Notes: generated by a model not told the origin, from the letters alone. Shown: positions 9,421 to 22,880, numbered from the whole stretch's first letter. The stretch is 63,644 nt of DNA, filler included, from Octopus bimaculoides (GCF_001194135.2; 6 parts of 5 records of this genome joined end to end with filler, not necessarily neighbours in it), one strand, 5' to 3'. Numbers and translations: made by a program.

Positions 9421-12400
9421 TGACAAAGCCATACTTTATTCTGTTTTGTTATTCACTCGCATCGTCATAAGGTTGTCGATGACGGTTTCCGCAGTTTTAT
9501 TTAATTTAATTATTGACACGTTAAATCAAACAGTCTAGAATACACCACTTCCGTTTGTCATTACTTTTTTAAATATAGTGACTTCAAAATCTCTGTTACC
9601 TAGACATCAACAAATAATTTGATGACAGTTAGAAGGTAGAAACATCGAAGCCAGTGAATCTTATCAAATTTGTAATTTTACCTACAAAGCATTCAGGAAT
9701 TCTTCAATTAAAAAATTTAATGATCATATGTTTTTACGTAAATTTGTTTTTATGTAGAATTAAATAAGTAGGCCACTTAACAAATTTGTCTTTTACTTCA
9801 TTTTAGTCCACTAATATTTGGATCCACAAACATTAATTCCCCTTCAGTATTCTAAATGAAATGGAATTTTATATTTGGTAGTGGTGGGATTCAGTGCTAC
9901 ATAAACTTTCTAAGTTATTTTCTGCATTTGTCATTAAGTTTCATACATAACATATGTTGTTTGGTGCTTGGAAATGGTTTACGCCGTTACCAATACGGGG
10001 CAGTGAAAGCTGAGGTTTCGTGATCATAGTTGACTTGAACTATACGTTTAGTTACAAACTTTATGTTTCGGATTGAAACTTATCCGAAGTATCATTTACA
10101 TTCATTCGTCTGTTGCCGATAAACTGCGTATCAACAATTTGTGGGGGTTTACTTCAATCGCTTGTATGCCTGCGAACCTAAATATACTTGTAACAATGAA
10201 AGTAAACATCGTCACTGATTTTATGTCTCACCGATACTTATGTACTATTTTCTTGTATCCAAAAACCAAGTTTTACTTTTTATAATCACTTTGAACTCGA
10301 CAAGATCAAAAACGTTTCAGGTTTTCCGTCAGAATTTTCAAAGTCTTGAACCTGAAGCTCAAAATCTCCGTTGATAATGCATTTACGTCTCTTTGGGGTA
10401 TCACTTTGATCCTATCTTCAACCTTACTCGTTTGAAGTTCTCTTTCTGAAATGCAGTCGTGATATCTCATAATCTTTTAAGTGATTATTTTTATATATTT
10501 ATTCATTTGATTTGTGTCTAAAATTAAATGTTATGAGTTTATAAGCGTACAACTTATTCATCAGAAATCTCGATTCCTTAAAAACACCTCCACAACTTCA
10601 GATTCTTATGCAATATATGTATAAGTTTGCGGCATTCATTTCATTTGTAAAGCCTTTGGCATTGTTGTTCCTTACACCCAGACTAATATCGTTCGTCCCA
10701 GTAGGCCTTTACGCAAAGACATTTTAAAAGAGATCATGCTACCGTTTGAAACACACACACATAGACACATGAATATATGCTATCTCTTTGAGGATGTGCA
10801 ACCATGTTGGGTTTCTAGAGTTGACTTGCACAATGACAATAACACCGCAACCATTAAAATATTACCTTATTTACCGCAGTATTGTAAATGGATGTTTAAA
10901 TTAATAAAAGCTGTTTTATTAGCGATAATTGAATTGTCTGTCGTCTGCTGTAAGATTGAATTCTTTATGAGACAGAATTTTAATATTGGTTTCAGATTTT
11001 GGAACAAGGCTAGCAATTTTAAGAGGATGCGTGTTACCAGATTAAATAAAATCCAGTGTTCAACTAGTATATATTTTATAGACATTGAAAGGATGTAAGG
11101 CACAGACGACCTCAGCGGAATTTGATCTCAGAATGCAAAGTATCGGAAGAAATACCGCTAAACATCTTCTCTGACATGCTAACGTTTCTACCAGGTGGCC
11201 GTCTTTAACCATAGTTATAACATTGGTTTGGAATTTGGGAAGAAGTTCAGGAATTTGGTGAGACGGTGTAAATGAATTACATCAAATGAATTGCATTAGA
11301 TATAGTTGTAATATTGATAGAAAGGTGCATGCAACTGCCTCAAAAGTGTCGATGAAAATGAAAAATGTGGCTTGCGAAAAGATATTTTGACTCACTGGTG
11401 AAGCGGCGAAAGAGTTCATTTTCTATGATGTTGTAGCCATTAAGCAGAATGTGAGATAGTTATGAACAGTAACCAAAATAGAAAGTAGATTCTCTCGGCC
11501 GACATGTATTTTACAATATGCATCAAAGCATTTTTTTGTAAACGGCATATTATTATAAACCAAGAGAATTGTAGGTCTTCGAAAATTAGAGGTATTTATT
11601 GTTTCAGAAACGTAATTTAGGTACTTTGAAATGCATTTCCTATTGCAGTAAAACCTTATTCATAGAATATGCTCACAAGAATTTTATGGAAAAATACCTT
11701 CATGCATAATTCCTAGGAAGCGCTGTGGAATGGAAACCAGTTTCCTTAGTTAGAATTACAAAATCAAAAGAAATATTCGTAAAAACATTGAAATATGGAT
11801 AGCATTTCGCTATTTGATGCGTTGCAGTGAAGTTCATTACCATTTGCAGAACACGAGGCATTTCCATTTCGTCACGTGTGAAAGCGCAGGATACATTCCT
11901 ACCTTCTGTTTAATGTGAGAAAAACACACTTAATCAATGGAGGTTCGTGTTATTCGTGACATTTTTTTAATGATGAATACATGTTCGTGAACATATTTTA
12001 GGTGATATTTTGTATCGATATTCAAGTAACAGCAATTGTTCAGTGTCTAAATGTAAACATATCTCACGAGAATCTCTTTTATAAGAACTTTCAGTTAGCG
12101 TTATATAGTAATGTTTCATGGACATCACCGAAAGCGACTTCTACTCTATACTATAATTCCATAGAAACATGGACACCATTCAGAGGGATGATTTTATAGT
12201 TCTTGTATTGTCTAGTGAAGATTTTTACGTATTCGCACTAAAATCATTTCTTCTGTTAATGAAAGCAGCAACTGCAGCAACTTCAAAGGCATTTTAAAAA
12301 CGATCTTCTGTGAGAAAATTATTATTTTTGAGACAGAGTAAATCCCTTAAATATTTATATCCCAAATGTGATATTCACAGTTCGTTTCGCAAAGTATGTA

Positions 12401-13264
12401 TTTGTATAAAATATAATAAGACAGAAAATAATTGACGAAGAAATGATATACTTAGATATAAAGAGCAGTGTAGATACGCATACAGGCATAGAAAATGAAT
12501 TACATAAATTTCTAGATTTGTAAATAAGTAAATCCAACTCTAATTGGAAAGCTAATGTAAAATTACAGTTTATTAAAAAAACACTACAGCAATGCATCCT
12601 GCCAGTAACCGTTTACAACTTGTATATAACAGCAAACTCACATTGAGTTTTGGCTTAGACGAGGGTTACTTTAAGAACGCAGTTCTTTATTCCTAGACCG
12701 AGTAGAGCGTTGTTCTTGAACAAAACACTTCCTCCAACGTTGCTCAGCGATCACTTCGATATCTGTTTCGTAGTATACAGTGTATCTGTTCAGGAAACGT
12801 CGATTTGAGCAAATGTACAGCACATATATTTGCTCACTATAAACAAATTATTTATGTAGGTTGTTCCCACAAAACAGAACGCTTATACGTCGACCTCGAC
12901 AGGGGTATACGTTGTATGTGCATATATGATTTATATATATATATATATATATNNNNNNNNNNNNNNNNNNNNNNNNNNNNNNNNNNNNNNNNNNNNNNNN
13001 NNNNNNNNNNNNNNNNNNNNNNNNNNNNNNNNNNNNNNNNNNNNNNNNNNNNNNNNNNNNNNNNNNNNNNNNNNNNNNNNNNNNNNNNNNNNNNNNNNNN
13101 NNNNNNNNNNNNNNNNNNNNNNNNNNNNNNNNNNNNNNNNNNNNNNNNNNNNNNNNNNNNNNNNNNNNNNNNNNNNNNNNNNNNNNNNNNNNNNNNNNNN
13201 NNNNNNNNNNNNNNNNNNNNNNNNNNNNNNNNNNNNNNNNNNNNNNNNNNNNNNNNNNNNNNNN

Positions 13265-13306
<42 letters not shown>

Positions 13307-13579
13307 ATATAAAATGGGACAAGAACGCAAAACATCCAGAGAATTATGTGATACAAGAAAGGGACAACAAACATCGTGATAGACGATACAAAGAAAACAA
13401 GGACAAGTCATTCGGATTTTTTCTTCGTCAGTTGTGTTCCAGATTATCCTTGCAATTTCGGCTGGTTATACTCGATATCACTCCAATCTGCCCAGCCCCA
13501 AGTAAAAACTAAGCTGAGAGCATTAGATACCTTGAAAGAAAGCAGCGAATGTATACAAATACAAGGACGAAAATATATA

Positions 13580-13735
13580 GGCGCAATCATGGCTGTATGG
13601 GAAGAAGCGTCCTTCCCAATCACATGGTTCCGTGTTCATTCCCACTGCGTGGCACCTCTGCTATAGCCTAGGGCTGACCAAAATCATGTGAGTGGATTTG
13701 GTTGACGGAAACTGGAAGAAGCCCCTCGTTGATAT
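13580..13735 (+). mobile_element. SINE family A head (diverged)
   Basis: Homologous to 40-200. Confidence 0.7.
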
Positions 13736-14174
13736 GTGTATGTGTATGTATGTTTGTATGTTGTATGTATGTATGTATGTACGTATGTATGGGTAGAATG
13801 AAATCTTTGCTGCAGTATGACAATAGACTGTACGATCTGCCGACCTGTAGCAGTCTGCGCTGGTTTGTGAGCAAACCCATGGGAGTGGAATGGCTATTGG
13901 TATAAACGCAGACAGAAAATCCCGCACCCTCTTACAGTGCAAAGGGCCATGTGCTGCCACCTGCTATTCAGTCTTATCTGTCTCTCTTTGTAACACCTGC
14001 TTTACCTCGGGTTGTCCTGTACAACGGAGGCAGGTGAGGAGAGGTGCTATGGCTTGGCACTAATTAAATACCTTCACACCCATTCACTAACAAAAATTAA
14101 ACAAAGCAGATGGGGTATGCACAAGAACAGTGCTATCTCGGAGCTTTTCCACCTCGAAAGTTGACCAAAAGTGA

Positions 14175-14234
<60 letters not shown>

Positions 14235-14913
14235 ATTTCCGCATGTATATACGTTTAGTATACATATTCGAATGTATTACCTGTACAGATTAAAACTTGA
14301 TTCTTGCATTTCCAGAAAAATTTAATCCATGTAATAAGATTATAAATCCAGTATTATGTTAAAGATGCAGTAAATTCAGTATTACGCTAAACGAAAGAAT
14401 TTTCTATTTTGCATGCTCGAAGAACAGTTCTATATAATTCTATCTTTAGGAATACTCGCTATCTCGAAGATGTATGACTTTCTAAAACAATTTATCGGCA
14501 TAAATCGCCCGCTTGTCAATAAAATGGTATACAAAATCGCACAGAGATCATTCTCTCCAAAATTTCTCCTTCTTTCAGCAAGTTGGATTCGAGCTGTGCT
14601 CCCCGGGATTACATTAAAACATTATCTAAGCGGTTTTACGCACAGAGACTGTACGAGTTTCTATCCTTCATACACCAAGAAGCGTCGTTTGTAACTCACG
14701 GAAAAGTACCATGTTCCATCACAGTCATTATGAATTTTTAAATAAACAATCTTGAAATCGAGACTTCTTACAGAAATTCCATTTCTTGGGCATGTTCATG
14801 CAAACTCCAATGGTTATATATTCAAACGTTCTGTGAATAGCAATGAAGCAGCGAAACATTAGCATTTTAGCAAAAAATAGGATACCCTGTAACTATACAG
14901 GCATGCATGTATG

Positions 14914-14944
<31 letters not shown>

Positions 14945-14986
14945 NNNNNNNNNNNNNNNNNNNNNNNNNNNNNNNNNNNNNNNNNN

Positions 14987-15049
<63 letters not shown>

Positions 15050-15068
15050 ATGTGTGTGTGTGTGTGTG

Positions 15069-15102
<34 letters not shown>

Positions 15103-15180
15103 AGACAAAAAAGGTAATCAGAGATCTGGATGGTTGTACATATACAAATATTTATTAACATGTCAGGTATTTACAAATCA

Positions 15181-15222
15181 CATATAAGCAGTTTCATCTA
15201 CTCTAGTAGATTCTTCAGATTA
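15181..15222 (-). ncRNA. Partial hammerhead-like motif
   Basis: CUGAAGA (15218-15212), 6-bp stem II AUCUAC-uaga-GUAGAU, GAAA. Helix III (CUGC) is not palindromic and stem I has only 2 bp. Confidence 0.35.
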
Positions 15223-15959
15223 AAATTTTGTGAAGGGATTTGTCTCTTTTTATAGTATTAGTGAATGGGTTGGGATGAGGAGAGAGAGGGAAAAAAGAGT
15301 AATGTGGAGTGTATAGGGTAGGAAAAGAGGGAGAGAAATGGAGAGATAGTGGAGGAAGAAAGTGAGAGAGCTAGTGTGTATTTGTGTGTGTGTGCGTACG
15401 TATGTGTATTTGCCTGTGCAACTGAAAGGAAGCGTTTTGAGCAAGAGACAAAGAGAAAAGGAAAAGAATAGATACTTTTCAGTAGGTGGCTAGAGCAGTT
15501 GCTTAATTTGGTTCAGCCAGCTCACCAGGGGGTCTGAAAGAAAAATGCTTTCAAAGTGAAAAATTGCCTTTTTCTTAATGTCAATGGAAAAGAGAAGGAA
15601 AGAAAAGAGGGAAGGAAAAAGAAAGAAGAAAAACAATGTGTTTATATCTATACAGTTGGTCAGTTGTTTCAATAGAAGATGACAAGTTGATTTTTGGTCT
15701 GTAAAAAGGCAAGACCTGGTGGTTATTCTAGGGGGGGGGGTTAGTTTTTATGAGGAATAATGAAAATTATTTTTCAAAACCTTTTCTGGACTTATTATCA
15801 TCATGATCATCATCATTGTCCAATGCTTGATTCCCATGATGGCATGGGTTGGAAAATCTGGATGCAAGAATGTTTCTATTTATGTATATACATACAAACA
15901 CACACATATGCATATATGCTAGGGTTCCAGATGGGTTTATAAGGAAGTTGATGTGAATT

Positions 15960-17393
15960 TCATATTTTTAGCCATTCAGTTTGGTGGAGAATTTGGCTAT
16001 AAAGTGTTGTTCCATATTTTTTCTGAAGTTGTCATTCCTTGGGCATTTATAGAAGCGAAAGATCTTGAATCTTCCTTCTCCACTAGCTTCTAAGTGTTTA
16101 CTTAATGGAATTTTTTGTAGCTTTCCCTGTCGGATATGTTGTCGGTGAATTCTGGCTCGTTGGCATAACGAATTGCCAGTTTCACCTATATAGTTCTCCT
16201 TGCATGTGGGACAGGTTATGTAATATATTAAGTTTTGTGTCTTGCAATTCATGTTTGCATTTGCTTTGAATGTGTATCCGCTCTAAAATTTTATTTGTTT
16301 GTTTTCCTCTATGTATTTGTAGATGGGGTTACTGCAAATCCCACATCTACTATCTCCACATTCTTTCACAAAGAATTCGGTTTCATTCTCCGATGAGAAT
16401 TTTGCTCTTGTCAGTTGTTTTTCAGGTTTTTCGCTTGGCGTTTACTGCTTCTTGTGCAGTATTTGTTTAATAGGTTTCCCATTTTGGGGCTTTGTAAGAT
16501 TATTGATAAGTTTGATTGTATAATCTGAAGCATGTTGTTAAATCCAGGTGTGTGTTTATATATGGGCTGATATTTTTTTCTTTTCTTGAGTTCTGAGTTA
16601 TGTGATGCCCAGTTTTATTGTTCTTGAGATTCCGTTTGTTCATTAATTTGTAGTAGATATCTGTTGCGACGATGGAGTTGTGTATCTTGATGTTGATGTC
16701 TAGGAAGGGAAGTTCGTTGTAGCTGGTTTCTGTCGTGAAGTTGATAGATGGGTGCAGTGTGTTGAGGATGTTGTGGAATGTTCGTAGATCTTTTGATCTG
16801 TTCCAAAAGATGAGACAGTCATCGAGGTAGCGTTTCCACTTTTCTTGATGTCTTTTTTGAAGACGTGTTCGAAGTTAGTCCCTATTTCCTCGCATAGTTT
16901 GTTCTGGAGGAAACCCATAAATTGGTTGGTTGACATATGAAGGTGCAAATTTCGCACCCTTTAACTGTCGGTGTGACTTGTTAAATGTGTATGTGTTTTC
17001 TTCAAGTATTAATTAGGTGGCTTTGGTGATAAAGTCTGTTTTTAAGTGTTTATCTATGAAATTGTAATTTTATACCCGGTGTTTTACCGCATACAGACCC
17101 AGGGTGTGTGGTATGTTCGTGTATAAGATTGTGACATCGAAGCTTGAAGTATGGTGCTTCCGGAAACGTATTTGGAATGTGTGTAAGAAATTTTGTCATC
17201 CCTTTTGTAGTTTGGTATCAGTGGGCATAAAGGTTTGAGGAGTACATCTATGAAGTGGCTTAGCTGTTGTGTTGGTGCTTGGGAATACGCAACTATTGGT
17301 CTCATTGTGAGGTCTCTGGGCCTTTGTATTCTTATATAATGTCTCCTCTGTTCTTTTATGTCTCTCTGTATTTTAGAGCTTTTATGAACTTTA
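15960..17393 (-). mobile_element. Penelope-like element, decayed (RT + GIY-YIG endonuclease)
   Basis: ORF 15968-16252 has LIYYITCPTCKENYIGETGNSLCQRARIH (GIY-YIG). RT motifs KVHKS...MRPIVA...LSHFIDVLLKP, SFDVTILYTNIPH and WKRYLDDC are spread over frameshifted frames. Confidence 0.92.
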
Positions 17394-17394
17394 T

Positions 17395-19380
17395 CATTTC
17401 TGTGAATACATCTCAAATTACCCATATCAACATATGCACAAACAAAAACACAAAGCAAACTTCAGCAAAAAGAAATGTGCTGAGCTGAACAAATTAAAAG
17501 ATGACAAATCTATAACAATCAAAGAGGGTGATAAAGGGAGTGCAGCTGTCTTAATGGACACGGTATTCTATATAACTCAAGTACTACTCATATTAGAAGA
17601 CACAACGTATTATGAAAAAGGCCAACACTACAGTCAGCAGAAAATAATGAGAGACCTAAAATCCATGTTAAACCTGTACAGAGAACGGCTCACCGACAAA
17701 AAATATGACTATATGACCAATTTCAAAATTAAATCCAGTCAGTTCTACGGTATTCTCAAGATACACAAAAGTGAGAAAATAAGCAACGCATGCAGGATAG
17801 TCACAGGCATCATTATCAAAGTCCCTAATCCTAACGACATCAAATTGAGACCTATAATAGCAGGTCCCGCATGTGAAACCCACCGCCTCAGTAACTTTTT
17901 AGATGCCCTCTTAAAACAATTCTTCAGGCATGTCAAATGCTACATAAGGGACGACCTGGATATGGTCAATCACCTTCCTGAAACAATAAACAAAAAATAC
18001 CCTAGCAATATCCTTCGATGTAGTCAACCTCTATTCTAAAATCCTCCACAACCTAGGAATAGAGACGATTCAATTCTGGCTAGAGAATTACCCCCAATGA
18101 ACTCCCACATCGCATCAAAAAAGAATTCGTAATAGAAGGGCTAAAATTCATCTTGGAGAATAACTACATTGTCTTCTAAGACAACTTCTATCGACAAAAA
18201 TCGGGGACTGCGATGGGTACGAGAATGGGCCCCCTCCTTTGCTAACCTAGTCATGGGATATCTAGAAATCGGTTTTTATCGCAAGGTTCTAGAAAAATAC
18301 GGCAACCCATTCTCCCTCTACATAGACAATAACTGGATGAGATATTTGGATGAGGGTTTCATTCTTTGGCATGAAAGAAAGTATTGAGAGACTTAAAGAA
18401 TTCTAAGCACTTATAAATGGACTTGACGTAAACATTCAATTCACGATGAAACATAGCCATCAACAATTTTCCTCGACATCCTCATTAAGAAATCTAACAA
18501 CGTAATAGAAACAGATATATACTATAAGTCTACGGACTTCAAGCAATATCTACCGTTCAACTCATGCCAACCCAGAAACACCAGAATGAATATCCCCTGT
18601 AACCTAGGAAAAAGGATTTGTACTATAGTTTCTAATTCAAGCACCAGGGACACACGACTACCTGAACGAAAGGATATACTCATCACCAGGAACTACCCAC
18701 CTCCATTAATTGACATATGCTTTCAATGTGCCCTAGAACTCAACATCCACAAATTCAGACATCTCAAATTAAAGAAGGATTTACAACCAAAAGCCCTACC
18801 ATACATCTCCACAAGCAACCCTTTTAACAATGAAGCCTTCAACACCATCCTTCAAAACATTCCCTGCTAAAAAAGGACCACCGAATGAACTTAATCCACA
18901 AAAGACACCATCAGAAAAAGCAAAAGGCAGCCCAAATCTATGAAAAGTCTCCTAACACAAGCCCAACACTGGATCCGTCAGTAAAAATATACGGGAGACC
19001 CAACTGTGGGATATGCGTCACTCTAATTCTGGGCTCAGAGTTCTCTTTCAAACAATGAAAAGCAGCTTCACATGTGCTTCGGAGAACCTGATATACGCAC
19101 TAACCTGCTTTGGGTAGCAAGGGCGATACATAGGCCAAACAAAAAACAGCCTACGTCAAAGGACGGCTCTGCACAGATCCCAGATCAAAATTAAAAATTA
19201 AAAAAAGCAGAAAAATAGCATTCAGTCAACACATCGTCATTTGCGCCAATAACAAAAATCCACGCTTCAGAATTCTCCCCTCTATGAATTCAGGGACGAG
19301 GCAACTTATAACTAACTTATAAGTAAAGGGTCTCTCTTTATTACGAAAAGAGACAGCTTTTGAACGCATCTACAACAAAT
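17395..19380 (+). mobile_element. Penelope-like element of a second family, decayed (RT + GIY-YIG)
   Basis: ITIKEGDKGSAAVLMD, FYGILKIHKS, LRPIIAG...LSNFLDALLK, GTAMG-RMGPSFANLVMGYLE, WMRYLDEGF, and the endonuclease block NLIYALTCFG*QGRYIGQTKNSLRQR (~19055-19170). Confidence 0.92.
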
Positions 19381-19705
19381 GGATTATCCACCACAACCTT
19401 AGAATAACATTCATTCAAATATTAAAAATGATACATTTAAAAGTGATACACAAGTTTTCATTAAAGACAGTTCTAATCACTGCTATAATCTACAACGAGC
19501 CACTTTTAAGTCACTTGACCATTTAACGTCCCACTACTATCATACCATCCTGCATTCTCTTATTCCTTTTCTTCTTCTCTTTCTCCTCCTTCTTCTTTGT
19601 CTTCTTTTTCCTCTCCACCACCTCTTTACTTACTTTACTACTACTGCTGCTTAGAAAAACAACTACGCAGCTATTGTAAACAGTGCATTCAAAAAAGCAC
19701 GGAAT

Positions 19706-19756
19706 TTTGTCAGTGAACAGGTCGCAGTCTGAAAGCGACGAAAATATTTTGACAAA
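19706..19756 (+). ncRNA. Minimal type I hammerhead ribozyme, G3-C8 core variant
   Basis: UUUGUCA | GUGAACA | G | GUCGC-agucugaaa-GCGAC | GAAA | AUAU | UU | UGACAAA: 7-bp stem I, 5-bp stem II, palindromic helix III. Same strand as, and ~330 nt downstream of, the + PLE. Confidence 0.7.
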
Positions 19757-20244
19757 TTAAATTTAAATGTTGAAGCGAATCTAATGGTCTTTATGTGTTT
19801 CTTAAATGGCTTATAAACACCTTCCACGCTGCAATTGTTTTGGTTCCAGCACACGATCTCAGATCAGGTCGCTTTCTATGAAAAGTACATCTCCGCAATT
19901 CAAAAGCGATATCTCAAGAATTCAATCACTACTACCATCCACAAGAAGTCACTTTCAGGGCACCTGTCCATTTAGCATCCTTCTATCATAGCACTCCGAC
20001 ATTATTTTCTTCTTCTTCTTCTTCTTCTTCTTCTTCTTCTTCTTCTTCTTCTTCTTCTTCTTCTTCTTCTTCTTCTTCTTCTTCTTCTCTACAAACAATT
20101 CACAACGACCTCGAACCCACAAGAGTGAACAAGAGAGATAGAGACTGGCAAAAGCAAGGAAAATGCCCCTTGTATTTGAATACCATGCAAATATTCTTTT
20201 AAAATACTTTTCAATTATTCCACAATTTAATTATTTTCCATACT

Positions 20245-20284
20245 TACAGTTGAAAAAGTCTCAATTACCGAAACCGATACTGAA
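20245..20284 (+). ncRNA. Decayed minimal hammerhead motif (U3-A8)
   Basis: CAG | UUGAAAA | aGU-cucaauu-ACc | GAAA | CCGA | UA | CUG; stems are short and imperfect. Confidence 0.35.
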
Positions 20285-20369
20285 CTATTTTTTATAAAAT
20301 TATTTTAGCGTTTTCTACCTTGACTTTTTTCCATAGATATATCAACTCGTGTGTTCCTTTTGAAAAAAG

Positions 20370-20560
20370 TTATTATTGTCGGAGATGTATCCAGGCGTAG
20401 GAGATTGGTAGGGGATTTTTTGAAGAAATTTGTCCAGTGAACATTTGAATTTTACGGGATCCGTTTCAGTTTTGACGTAATTTGGCATGGTATTAATGAG
20501 AGTTGGACCGGTTGAGGTAAAGTAATTGTGATGTAATGTTGCTATGTCTTGCGAGTTTCA
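20370..20560 (-). mobile_element. CR1/L2-group LINE 3' end fragment
   Basis: Minus-strand translation FTSTGPTLINTMPNYVKTETDPVKFKCSLDKFLQKIPYQSPTPGY resembles the CR1-type ORF2 C-terminus. Confidence 0.4.
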
Positions 20561-20929
20561 TTTTTGTAGTTGGTGGATAGCACGCGGGCCAAGTCTAGGA
20601 TGGATTTTAAAATTGATGCCAACATCATTTGCGCAATATTGATGGAATATTTGCCACATAACAAAAATGATGTAGCGCCCCTGGTGGTGTTGGAGAGATT
20701 AGAGACTGACTTGTTTTAGTCGACCCCAATAATCAGTGCCTCTCCTGCCGTCTATCTTTCTTGTTATTGACCTCTGTAGTGCTTCGACTTTCATAATGAC
20801 TTGCATTGTATGGGGGACAACAGTAGGCAACGGTATTCAAGGTGGGGGTCGGGCAAAAAGTAGAGTAGAGAAGGATGATGGTATAGGCGTCTCTAGACTG
20901 GAAAGGTATCAGAATCCATATATATTTGT

Positions 20930-21232
20930 TGTTGGCGCTCCGTCGTTTACGACGTCGAGAGTTCCAGTTGATCTGATCAACGGAACAGCCTGCTCGTGAA
21001 ATTCACGTGCAAGTGGCTGAGGATTCCACAGACACGTGTACCCTTAACGTAGTTCTCGGGGATATTCAGCGTGACATAGCGTGACAAGGCTGGCCCTTTG
21101 AAATACAGATACAACAGAAACAAGAAGAAAGACTGAAAGAGTGCTGCAGGGTTCGCCTCCATCCCCTGCCGGAGCTTCGTGGAGCTTTAGGTGTTTTCGC
21201 TCAATAAACTCTCACAACGCCCGGTCTGGGAA
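20930..21232 (-). mobile_element. SINE family B, 5'-truncated
   Basis: Homologous to 39935-40299. Confidence 0.85.
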
Positions 21233-22599
21233 TCATTACATGCAATCATCACATGCAATCATCACATGCAATCATCACATCAATTTAAATAAATGCTATC
21301 TTCACCTGTACAAAATATAGAATTTCTTAACAAGTAGGACACATTAATAAAATTTTTCTTAAATATTTTAACGGAGTAAGAAGTTGGAAGAAATTCATGT
21401 TGTCGTTATTGTAGCAAAGCGGCTAAGAATAGACTAAAATATCTTAGTATCACATAGAGGATAGTAGAGCCCTATGGCTGTAAGGTTTCTAATTCATTTC
21501 TAATTTATATATCTCCTTATCATCTATTAAATATCAGACTCAGTATTATATATAAAACCCTCTTTGTATATGTATCTGTATGCATTATTGTACACTTTAC
21601 ACATACTTATAGCAGCACATATTTTTCCAGTATTTATATATAGTTTATACTTTAGATTTTATAATTTTTGCTTAAATATGTCTATGTGTTACCATTATCT
21701 CAATATCCCGCTTCTGATTCATGGCTTAAGATTTATAGATATTATGTATTTTTTTCCAGATATTCCATATGTAAGTACCTTGAGCATTCTTCATAGAAAC
21801 AACCCAATAATTAATTAATTAAGCACAAGAATGGCTTTTAAACTGATTCTACATAAACTTTCCTTTTAATGTTTATAAGTGATTCATAGACACCTTTTAG
21901 CTATTTTGGTTATGATATCGTTTGGAATTCTTAAGTTTTATTTTATACAGCATAATGTTCCCCATCGTATCCCTAATAAGTTTTACCTGTATTAGCATCT
22001 TTAGTTTCTCAGTGACTTGCCCTTTTAATTGATAGTTAACATCATGATTTAAAGTCTACTCCCACACTGCGTCTTTTTCCTGATAGACAGTTGCTTCTAT
22101 CAAATTGACTCTTCCTAATGTCTTATTTCCTTTCTCTTGAGTAAAAGGGATACCTATGATATCTATGACCATACCTAGCCATGAACTGTCAACTCACTCT
22201 TGTTCTTTATTCAAAATTGACTCAGTCTGCTGGTCTCAGATTTAATAGATGATAAAGAGATAAATAAATTAGAAATCAATTACAAACCTCACAACCCAAT
22301 GACCCTACAGTGCTCCATGTGATTCTAAGAAATTGTAGTCTATTCTTAGCCACGTTGCTACAATAACGACAGGATGAATTACTTCTATCTTCTTACTCTG
22401 TTAAAATGTATAAGATAAATTTATATTAATGTGTCCTACTTGTTAAATTATTCTATACTTTGTGGCGCGTTTTAATTGATGTAATGCTTGCATTGTTCAA
22501 TGAATTGCAGCCGCTTGAAACGGTCATACTGCATTACTACTTGATATCAAGTTGTATATATATATATATATATATANNNNNNNNNNAGAGTGAAATTTA

Positions 22600-22880
22600 T
22601 AGAAAGACAAAAGAGGAAAAAAGGTGTATGAACATCAACCAGGTGTTTTAGCTGAGGAAAAATGAAAACGTATTTTACGTTTCAAGCCTACGCTGTTCAA
22701 CAGAAAGGAATAAGAGAAAATAAACGGAGAAAGTAAAAAACTTGTAGATTTCAGTGGTGGCTATATACATCCATAAGTTATCTATTGATTAACAGAACAA
22801 AGTACATCTACATACCTATACCTGAATATATATATGTATGCGTTTTTATGTATATGTTTATGATTGTGTGAGTAATATAT
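22600..22880 (-). mobile_element. Short dispersed repeat with a hammerhead-like motif (22672-22705)
   Basis: Minus strand UUU CUGUUGA A CAGC-guag-GCUU GAAA CG UA AAA; similar to the + copy around 54600-54750. Confidence 0.45.

Noticed and set aside
10300-10570. Two hammerhead-like remnants on the minus strand (10312-10332; 10535-10563)
   Set aside because: Core or GAAA has deletions and stem I does not pair; too decayed to support.
11400-11900. Possible hAT (SPIN/Charlie-like) transposase remnants here (+) and at ~14420-14810 (-)
   Set aside because: Only faint motif resemblance across many frameshifts; needs an HMM search.
20674-20688. CTCF-like AGCGCCCCTGGTGG
   Set aside because: One base short of the consensus spacing (GCGCCCCCTGGTGG) and lies among decayed LINE sequence.
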